A stretch of 64,000 nucleotides of DNA from Vermamoeba vermiformis (taxonomy: Eukaryota). This document shows, piece after piece, positions 25,117-34,445 of this stretch (positions are counted from its first letter, which is position 1; each line of letters starts with the position of its first letter). The notes under the pieces are model-generated. The model was not told the DNA's origin, made no database searches, and was given only the letters and a program-made list of their open reading frames with translations. The position numbers and the translations under genes were made by a program. The stretch is from NCBI GenBank assembly GCA_045837725.1, contig JBEWZL010000056.1, positions 310,001 to 374,000 on the forward strand, read 5' to 3'.

Positions 25117-26106
25117 ATGAGCGAAAAAGTACGCGTGCAGAGGAACGACATTACTACGGATGCGAAAATTGCTTGCTAGGCGCGTATTAATTATAAGTAA
25201 ATAGGTGGATGCAAAAGGCGCCAAAGAGCGCTTAAAGAGAGCTCGTGAAGGCTCTCAGGCCGCGGATCCGACTTCGCGAGCAGAATCAAGCTCTCACGTC
25301 AAATCAACACCTCAACAACACACTAGCAGCAGTAGTAGCAACAATTTAGATAAGAATTTCCAAAAGTCGCGACTAGATGCACCACGCAGTGTCAACTTTA
25401 TGTACCAGCCACCACCTGTGCCAGAACCACGTCAACGACCCGAAGGTATGTGAATATGACCAAACTACGCGCACATAGCTCATGTACGATGCAGATGCTA
25501 TACCCGATGAGCCGCAGGTAACACAAGCACCATCCAGTCACCGATTACAGTGCTAACAACGCGCGCAGAACCAAGAGGTGCGCGAATTTCTGCGAAAAGC
25601 GCCCACAGAGGGCCTGTGGATGCCACTGGGCAAAGAAGTCAAAGTGATGCAGTGCTGGCGCTGCAAAGCTTACGGTCACAGAGCTGGCGACAAAGGTGCG
25701 TGTCAGTGCAATGCTGTGTATCAATGCATTATTAATGCGTGCAGAGTGCAAGCTGTTTCAAGTAGGCTCGGAGAAGGCGCGTGAATTCGCACAGGTAACG
25801 CTGCTTGACACGTGTCACTGAGTATAACACATGCATCAGATACACGAAGATCCCATGGCTTCGTACGTCAAACACGATGCAGCAGAGGAACGACACCGCA
25901 TCCGAGAGGAGAAGCTAGCACGGTGAGTGACTGGTGTGTTGTCACAGTGGCTAAATAATGTACCTAGTGTGGCGTATTTGAAGCAGTTGTTGGATGAGGA
26001 GGAGGAGAAGCGTCGACAGCGCAAAGAGAAGCGACACAAGAAGCGGCGAGCGTCATCTAGCAGTGAGAGTGATGCCCCCAAGAAGAAGAAACATAAGGAT
26101 AAATAG
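25117..26106 (+). CDS. RP9: Retinitis pigmentosa 9 / PAP-1-like splicing factor
   Basis: REFLRKAPTEGLWMPLGKEVKVMQCWRCKAYGHRAGDK(E)C zinc-knuckle motif, HEDPM, and a Lys-rich tail ending TAG at 26104-26106. Confidence 0.88.
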
Positions 26107-26868
26107 AAGGGTTAATAAATAGATTTCTCCAATAATGACCAGAAGGTTGTGATGTTACTGCCACATATGAATGTTTACAGGCATGATGTGTTTAATGAGG
26201 TGAAACCACTCAGGTTACAAATTTGACCAGTTGTCACGAGGTTGGCCAGGCCAGTTGGCAGTTACTATTGGCACCAATGATGCAGGAGCATTAATGCATC
26301 AAATGGACAGACGCACGATTGGCCCTTGTACCATACATTTGGCCTGGTCCTCCCTCATATCAAGCAGCTATGAGAATCATGTAGAACGTTCCAGATAGCC
26401 AAGCTTGGCTATCCTCCCTGATCCTGCAATGCATTTAATGGTTGTTGTTACATCAAAAGGTGGCTGGACTTGAGTTAATCGAAAGCACCCTGGGAGTTCA
26501 GGACCTGCAGAAATGAAAAGAAAAATTGCCTCTTTGGAGGGTTCAAGCCCCACTAGTCCCTTATGCAAATTACAATATTTTCTTCAAAGAAAGGGTTCTT
26601 TAAAAAACCCCTTGCAGCTGGATTCTCATCAACTCTGACCATAATTAATGAAATTACCAATGGTTGTCAGAAACAAATGCTTGTATGGACATTTGCCACC
26701 AGGGTCGCTGCATCTTCTGATGTTAGTAATTGACCAACTTATACCAAACCTTGCCATTAGCACCAGCGGACCCAAGAAGGAATACTTTTGGCTCAGGAGG
26801 CTTTGGGCTAAGCGCTGGAGGCTGAAAATGTCATTGTTCTGCATAGAACTAAATACTAGAACATTGTT

Positions 26869-26920
26869 GGAGGTCGTCCTGCCCAAATTAGACGGAACGT
26901 CCGTCCATAGACAGGGTGTC
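26869..26920 (+). repeat. Left terminal inverted repeat
   Basis: GGAGGTCGTCCTGCCCAAATTAGACGGAACGTCCGTCCATAGACAGGGTGTC aligns ungapped with the reverse complement of 32880-32931 (38/52 identical by hand count; first 10 and last 11 perfect). Confidence 0.85.
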
Positions 26921-26998
26921 TGTCCAGGGACATGGCGTCCGTCCGTGGACAGGGTGTCCGTCTGGGGACAAGGCGTCCGGATCCGGACGGGGCATCCG
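26891..26998 (+). repeat. Subterminal tandem array of ~6 x 19-bp units (GAC-N5-GTC core)
   Basis: Units begin at 26891, 26910, 26929, 26948, 26967 and 26986: gacggaacgtccgtccata / gacagggtgtctgtccagg / gacatggcgtccgtccgtg / gacagggtgtccgtctggg / gacaaggcgtccggatccg / gacggggcatccg. Confidence 0.85.
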
Positions 26999-27552
26999 CT
27001 GAAGTTAGTAATTAACGAAATTCAATTCTGTTTGCTGCAGTAGGTAGAGCATATATAGGATACTACTAGGTATGAACTTCCCATCCACATCAGCTTCCAG
27101 CCACTGGAGATTGAGAAAGAATTGTAATCACCATACATTGGAAAGTGGATATTTTGGCTAATGGATGTAATTTCAGCGTCTTTATCAAGAAAATAACGTA
27201 TTTTTGCAACCAGGACATGTTTGGAGCACAAAGAAAAGTTTAACATCCTATCCAAAAATTGTGTGCTATTTGAGCTATCATCCTATAGATTGTAGTTCTG
27301 CATAGAACTGTGCCAGAAATGGATTATTGTGAATGAGAGGTTTCGCATAACAAAGTGCACTGTTGATTCTTTCTATTGAACTCTGACATGTCCACTAGTT
27401 GCAAACGATTCCGTATGTCATGCCAAGCCGTATTTATCAAAATCTTTGTTACTTGAGCCATTTGGAGCTTGATTTCAAAAACTGAGGAAATTATGCTCAA
27501 TCCAATAGAATTTTATTGAAATTGTAAAACCTCTTTATTAACATTTTCATCT

Positions 27553-28370
27553 TTATACAAACTTCTGGTCAGCACCTGTGCTGTTGTACAACAGTGCCTG
27601 CAGCAGCATCTGTTGGTTTTCTAAGTTGTGCAGCCTCTGGTCATTGAGTTGTTGTAGAATTCTCTCTCTTTCTTCGTGGGAATGGAGCTCATTGCTAATG
27701 AGTTGGTGTTGCATTAGCCTTATCTCACGTTCTTCCAGTTGAAGTCTCAAAGATAGATTAGTAGATGAAGCAGTGGGCCACTGAAGACTAATTCCTTGAG
27801 AGAGTGGTGCACTAGCGTGCACTGGCTGCATTTGCTCTGGTAAGTCTTCCACAGTCCCAGCCAGCATGGTTTTGACCACCTGAGCCTTCTGTGCAGTGGG
27901 TTCCTTCTTTGTGACAGACTTGGGCTTGTGCTTCTTTGCTGGCTGAGTGTCTTCATCGAACAGCTCTATTCTACGTCTCTTTCTTTGTGGTTTTGCTAGA
28001 GGACTGACTTTTACTATTTGATGGCCCATTTGTTCATCTATCCACCTCTGTAAGCACTCTGTAACCTTGGGAAGTGCTGATGGATTGGACTCTAGCACAG
28101 TGCAGCTTCCAAGAGACAAAACTTTGGCTTTGTGTTGTAATTTGATGTGGCAATTGCTAGGAGTCTAATGGTGCCTCTTTTGTCTTTAACTAGGGCAAGA
28201 GTGGTGTACTTTTTCTTGCAATGCCGCACAGTGTGTCCAAGCTGTAACTGTACTTGGTGATCTGCCGATTCCAATCTTGGGTACAACATGTAAGGTCCCA
28301 CAATCATCATCTCTCCTGCTACTTGGCAGTCTAGAAGTGAGATGTCTGGGACTTGGAGCTCAGCAGGCAT
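27553..28370 (-). pseudogene. Transposon passenger ORF of unknown function (basic NLS-like patch, C-terminal coiled coil), apparently frameshifted
   Basis: ORFs 28092-28370 and 27553-28119 overlap in different frames around 28110-28125 with no plausible intron. Contains KPQRKRRRIE. Confidence 0.5.
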
Positions 28371-28604
28371 GGTATTGACAGTGGGAACCTATCAACAATA
28401 ATTTATTACCGCAAATTTGCAGGTAAGGATCGAAGCTGTTCAGTGCATGAAAAAAAGTTGATCCTGAAAGTGGCACAATAATTGAAGGTGTTGTTGCGGA
28501 GTTATTAAGGCTGCAAATCTGAAAAAGCTAAAAATAGGAGCGTACCCGTAGTCAGAAGTCATTTTTTTTTGTTCGAACAAATTAAATTATTGTATTCAAA
28601 AACA

Positions 28605-29745
28605 ATGACTCAGTATATAGACGGGCCTGAGTATAGGGGAGGTATCAAGTATTATACGCTCACGATAACTCCTCCTCCAGTGTCGAAGAACGATCCACCT
28701 AAACCGCAGCTGACTCCTATCGAAGCACTTAAATTATTTTTACTCGATGGTAACTTCGTTGTCGTGGACCAGAATGGTCGTTGGGTAAGACAATAGCATT
28801 TAAATAATTTTATAATAATCGTTACAATAATATTAATTACAGCCGAGCTCAATTTAATTTTTTTTAACGCAGTTAATTTGGAATATTAAGGCAGGCGTTG
28901 ATTCTGACTTAAATGAAAAATTACTGGCTGCTCTTGAATGGGCGGAACAAAATTGCACAGCTCAGACGAAGGACCTGTCGATTCACGTTGGCTTTTGGCG
29001 TCGATACGCTTTGCACATATTTTTGTCACGAGATTCAACGATCGGGAAGGGTTTAAAATTCATTGATCAACCCGGAGTGCGTGATTTCCTTGAAGTGATT
29101 GACCAATGGTTCGCACACGTAGACCCGCAGTTGTACGAAGAATACTGTAGCGTCACTCCGGACAAGCAACGTGTGCTCGGCAAGTCATTTCTCATGGCAG
29201 TGCTCAATCACGGAGGCTCTCAACCTCACATCGACAGTGAGGACCGCATCGATGGCTGCTGTTGCGTTGTGCCTGTTGGCAAAGATTGGTCCGGTGGCGA
29301 GCTGGCCTTTCGCGATCTACACCTTAAAATCAACGCACAGCCTGGAGACATCATTTTCTTTCGCTCGGCACAACTATACCACGAGAATTTGACTCACATT
29401 GGTGATCGCCGGTCGATTGTGCTGAACACTGACGCTAACTGCTTCACCGCACCTGGACAAATTCGCGACCCCGAATTTCTTGCAGAAGAACGTGACTACA
29501 ATGCGAATAACAACGTTGAAATTCCACCAGCTCCTCAGTGGTCCGTGCAACCACTCTCGGAGCAGCTTGGATCTGCAGAACGGATGCACAGCTATTTGAA
29601 AAACCGACTCAACTTGCGAGTTCAGAACAAAGAAGCAGCGCACAAGAATAAACTCATTCAACGCAAGAGTGCTGATTGGCAGCCTCGACAATTCAATTCA
29701 AAGAATCGAACGAAGAGTAAAGGTACTAAGCGGCATCAAAAATAA
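28605..29745 (+). CDS. TET/JBP-like 2-oxoglutarate/Fe(II) dioxygenase (2 exons, ~350 aa)
   Basis: Exon 28605-28784, intron GTAAGA...GCAG, exon 28873-29745 in frame. Motifs HVGFWRRY, HIDSED (HxD), CVVPVG..WSGGEL.F.DL, PGDIIFFRS..LYHEN (distal His) and GDRRSIVL (2OG-binding Arg). Confidence 0.8.
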
Positions 29746-30408
29746 AACTTACGTCAATTCCTTCACTTCCGTTACGTGCTTCATTATTCATCATGTTATT
29801 GATGTCAGCAACTTCACGCACAATCTGTTTATTATTGAATTACATATATGTCAATTCTGTTATTATTGGTAACTTACATTCTCTGTGCCGCTCCTTAACT
29901 CACTGACAAATTGATCGGTGCTTGACTGTTCGTTGAGTAATTGAGTCGCATTGCCATTGTTGTCTCCCTGATAAAACAGTTACTATGTAAAAGCATAATA
30001 ATATTCAAAGTCTAAATATAGCGTTCGAGTAATATGAAGAAATAGTGGATCTGCTTTGCAATGCTTACCTTGCATGTGCCTCCGTTTGCCTGAGTTTTGG
30101 ATTGTATTTCTTTTGTCGATACTTGTGAGAGCTGTGTTGGCCCTGACTCCTAGTTGGATAGCAGTGAGTTTGTAATATTTTGGGAATTGTTGGATCGTAC
30201 AGGCTCTAAATTGTCTCCGAGAGCATCTTGTGCATTCGAACAACTATTTGCTTGGTCAGAGTTAATTTTTTCTCTTCTTTGAGATCTATTCAGCACTGGC
30301 ACATCCATAGTCACAGGTTCTGTCTGTGTTCCGTTAGCAAGGCTAAATTGCACTGCCAAATCTTACTTCAAGCAAAAGCACATCGTCATCAGCATTCCAT
30401 TCTGTCAT
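29726..30408 (-). pseudogene. Possible decayed spliced passenger ORF (low-complexity, Asn/Ser/Gln-rich)
   Basis: Minus-strand GTAAG donors near 30068 and 29877 with matching CAG acceptors give in-frame exons. In-frame TAG at 30150-30152. 5' end unclear. Confidence 0.3.
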
Positions 30409-30719
30409 AACTAATTCTTTGTGGTTAACAAGTTAAGTTTGTCACGACAAAATGTCAAGCAACACGGATCATCCCAAAGGTACACTTGATTGATTTCAAT
30501 TGCTTTAACCTAATCACAAATTAGCCTTCAACTTGGTAAGGCAATACATACATGAACCAAAGGGCTTCACCAAAGCCCGTACAACCACTGTAGCCAATTT
30601 CCCAAACACTCTGTACCGATTTTAAGATCAATTGATAGTGATGGACTATTACGTAGTTCTATAGAGAATAACCACATACCAGTGTAAGTGAAAATTCAAT
30701 TAATAAATTAATTTTTCAG

Positions 30720-32737
30720 ATCGTATCTAACATACATTACAGAAACAAACCAAAACAGGAGGGCTTGTGCAATTCTATGCACTTGGGACAAATTCTCTAT
30801 TCCCACTGTTGCCCTCGGCAATGCATTGCTCAGCATTTAAATGAAACTCCTTGCACCATCGAAGAGCACCTCAAACTTTGGTCTGGCTTGCCACAGAATG
30901 TTTTAACAACAGAGCTAGCCAAATTGCTCAGTGATGCACAGGTAAATAATATTCTTAAAATGTATAGCTGTTCTTATGTGGTGGTTAGGTTGAACGTCAA
31001 TCAGATACAAGCGTTCAAATACAAGGAAAATTCTACGAGCTCCGTTGGCACGGAATACCTTTGTGTCGCAATGCATTTCAGTTGCTCTATGGGGTGAGCC
31101 GAAGAAAATTAATATCCGCTTGCAGCAGTTCAGATGTGCTACAGCATGGCAATTCTCTTGTGGACCACGACAACTCTCTTACTATGGATATCATCAATTA
31201 TATTGATGATCTTAAAGTTCGTTGTGGAAATGAGTGTGATTTTGACCCTAAAAAGATCTACTTGAACGGTTTCTATGAAAAACGACAAGTGTGGAAGCAT
31301 TACGTAGATTCACGCCCAGATCATCAAAATGTTGCGAGCGACTCGCATTTCTACTATGTTTGGACTCATCATCGCCCTAATATAGTCATCGAGACAGATG
31401 CCATGAAGTGTGCCATGTGTGCCAAGATCGACATTGAAATGCACTCAGTTTCAACGTAAGAAATTGACAAGCAATACATGAACTTACTAAATACTACATT
31501 CCAGGACAGAAGAGCAACTTGTCACTCTTCAAGCTGACAAGATTCGACACAAACAGATTAAGAACGCACACTTGGAGAGAATGCACTCTCTTATAGCACG
31601 TGCAAAGAGTGGTCAACTGTTACTTTTGATTGGAGACCATATGCGCAGCAAAGGTTTGCCCAAGCTAAGACGCAACAACATGAACATACTGATGAGTGAG
31701 CTTATAAATGTGCACTTTTCTGGTTGGTTCAACCCATACACTGGCAAGTCAAAGTACTACCTGAGAGGTACCACTCAGAGTGTGCAAACTCCATCATTTC
31801 ATGCTTGCATTCTCTGCTAAAGGAGCTTCATCCAACTCAAAGAAAGCTTGTGCTGGTCTTTGACAACCATAGCACACAGCACAACAATGCACTGCTTGCA
31901 TACTGTGACTGGCTTGTTCGGTAAGTCTTAATAGGATTGTAACTTTGCTAAAGACGCATTATTTGTAGCTTCAAGAGACTGTTTGATGAGATTGAAATCC
32001 TGTTTCTGATTGCTGGCCACACAAAGAATCAACAAGACCAGATGAACTCCTATGTGGCTGGTGAGTACATGAAGAGACAGTTCTTTAGCATTGAAGATCT
32101 TTGTACACTTGGAAATGATAAGCGATCATTTGAAGAGCAAGAGCACATCTTACAATGGGTAGAGAAGTTTGCACCACTAATGAATGAGTATCCACGTATC
32201 TCTCGTGCACATGTATTCCATTTCACTTCTGCTGGCATGCAAACAAAAGAATTTGTAGATGATACAGAGTGGAATACTTGGAACCAACTTGGTGCAGCAA
32301 CTTATCACTGTATGCTAAACGAAGAACCAACTGGATTATTAGAGCCAATGCAACCATACCAGCTGTCTGACAAGAAGAAACGTGATGCAAAAGCCTCGTT
32401 AGCATACATTCCTCAAGAACAACGAACATACATCCAAGGACTCATTGAGAACAACTTTGGCTATCAAATACAGGCTCTTAATGCTCTTGGTGACTTTACC
32501 TTAGCTCCTGCAACGGCTCAAATGCCCCCAATAACTCGCAAAGTTGTATTCCGAGAGAAACATAGGAGAAAGGACCATGCCACTCAACCAACATTACAGC
32601 ATTCTGAGTTAGAGCCTGGAGAGGTCGAATACCTATTACAATCCCTTCCTCCTGATGAACACTTTGATGAGTCAGAGGACGAACTTGAAAAGGAGCTACA
32701 AAAGGCCAGGAAAAGGAGAAAATCTGTAAAGAACTGA
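30720..32737 (+). pseudogene. Sola1/DUF7869-type DDD transposase, spliced, with an apparent frameshift near 31755-31766; 5' end uncertain
   Basis: Exons give CCPRQC, LCRNAFQLLYGVSRRK, HGN, CAMC, LLIGDHM (D1), ANSIISCL...LVLVFDNHSTQHNN (D2) and FDEIEILFLIAGHTKNQQDQM (D3). ORFs 31572-31820 and 31724-31924 are in different frames. Confidence 0.8.
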
Positions 32738-32879
32738 ACTATTTACAATACCAATGTGTTTTTACATTTTCAATAAAATTCTATTATCCCTAGAGCTTGG
32801 CCAGGAAGGATCAAACTCATTCTAAATATAGGTATCCACAACAATTAGGTGCTATTTGCCTCGAGAACTAGTGACGGTG

Positions 32880-32931
32880 GACACCCTGTCCAAATCTGGA
32901 CGTCCTGCTCAAATTGAGCAAGACGACCTCC
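32880..32931 (-). repeat. Right terminal inverted repeat (contains internal palindrome TGCTCAA-A-TTGAGCA)
   Basis: GACACCCTGTCCAAATCTGGACGTCCTGCTCAAATTGAGCAAGACGACCTCC followed by GTT. Confidence 0.85.
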
Positions 32932-33173
32932 GTTCTATGTGCTGCAATACCATTTAAACTTTGGAAATGTCCGGGAAGAGCCTTGTGTGCTAATGGACAG
33001 CCCTGGCAGAGCGAGCCATTTCTAAGCGCACTGGACCATTAATATGTACCAAAATACTGTACACTTCTGCATTCTCGACATACGGCACAACCAAATTAAA
33101 TTCATTGTTGTTCCAAACTTGTCTATTCATTTTCCCAATCAAACGTTTTAGTTAAATTACATCTAATAAGCAA

Positions 33174-34203
33174 CTAATCTCCAAACAGAGACTCCACACT
33201 GAACAAGTCACTCTCTTCCTCAGATGTCTCTGCTGCAAGTGCTGCTGCAAGTACTGGAGCTGCCTTGACAGGTGTTAGGGCACACTCTTGAGGGATGTCT
33301 TTGCATGCCACACACAGCCATTTTGAGCAGCCTGGAGCGTTGCACGAGGTCACACACAGTGCGCACGTGATTCTGAGACAGCGGTGGCAGAGTGGTGCCA
33401 GGGCAGCGCGGTGGTAATCGCTCTGCAGGCACATGATGCACACCTTGGCCCCGCACGAACAGGGCAGCACACCGTAGTCCCTGGCACACAAGCGACACGT
33501 GTTTGACACTGTGCTGCGTGCTTTGAGGTGGCACGTGGCACACTCTTTGTGCAGCTCAGTGGGTGCGGGTGAGGTAACGACATCGACGCGCTCAAAGCAG
33601 CCTAGCACGTGTCAGTAGTGTGCAGGGGGCAGCAGTCACTCACCTCCACAGCCGTAGCCAGGCGACGCGTACGAGAAGTGCAAGTAGTCGTTGAACATGC
33701 TGCTCGCCCTCACCTGCACGGAGAGACGCAGATCTGTGCGCGCGCGAGGATTGTAGAGCAAGTCCGTATTAACTTTGATGCGGTACACTGCAGCTCACAT
33801 TAGCACTGACCTTAGTAATTAATAATAATAGCTTTACCTGTCTCGAAGGAGTACTTCGCATAGTGCACGATAGTCGTCTTCAATAACGTGCGGCAGTGGA
33901 AGCAGTGGTGGTGCTCTTTTGCCCAGAATTGCAGTGGATGCACTCCGAGCTGCGCGGCGATTTGATCTTCCTTCCACTCGGTGGCGAACTTGATCAGCTC
34001 GCTTCTCGATGCACCGGGAGGAGCAGTCTGTGCGGCAGATTAATTTAACTACGACAGTCAGCGAGGCATACGATAGCGAGCAGTGTTGCAGCGCGGTGTC
34101 CCATCTGACTGAGCAGCGCGAGTACGAGGTGATAGCGGTCAATGCAGTGCAAGTACGCACTCACTTGATGCACGAGCTCGTGAGGCAGTGCGAGGAGTGA
34201 CAT
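33174..34203 (-). CDS. Putative F-box-like + Cys-rich (multiple CxxC) protein, multi-exon
   Basis: MSLLALPHELVHQVSAYLHCIDRYHL resembles an F-box start. The last exon 33174-33608 has about seven CxxC pairs. Exon structure is tentative. Confidence 0.45.
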
Positions 34204-34445
34204 ATGGCGCTGTTGTGGTGCTCGTGCTGGTAGTGTGCTGTGCTGGGGACCCGTTCCACCAGGGCTCAATGATCACGTGCTAAATATAGCGCCGTCACGT
34301 GATGCAACAGGGCACTGCGAACACCGACCAGCATTGCGATAGTGAGCACATAGTGAAGAGCAACACCTCTATATGATAGCGCGCACAGTATCGTTCAGAT
34401 CGGCGCAACGAACTCAGATCTGAATTTCAATTTCAAATTCCGAAT

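Larger units (their letters stand above)
26869..32931. mobile_element. ~6.06-kb cut-and-paste DNA transposon (Sola1/DUF7869-type transposase) carrying a TET/JBP-like dioxygenase and further passenger ORFs
   Basis: 52-bp imperfect TIRs (26869-26920 and 32880-32931) starting GGAGGTCGTC, flanked by GTT on both sides. Internal DDD transposase gene. Lower GC and lack of the host CACGTG saturation. Confidence 0.85.

Noticed and set aside
26891-26998. Repeat array considered as a CRISPR-like array
   Set aside because: Contiguous degenerate 19-bp units without unique spacers, eukaryotic context and no cas genes. Better explained as transposon subterminal repeats.
26107-27550. Short ORFs (26377-26568, 26629-26886, 26648-27043, 27022-27255)
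   Set aside because: No recognisable motifs, and some cross the TIR/repeat boundary. Treated as spurious.
26680-33060. Short inverted matches in the outer flanks (e.g. CCATTAGCAC vs GTGCTAATGG) suggesting larger TIRs
   Set aside because: Only 8-10 bp, not colinear, and no flanking duplication found.
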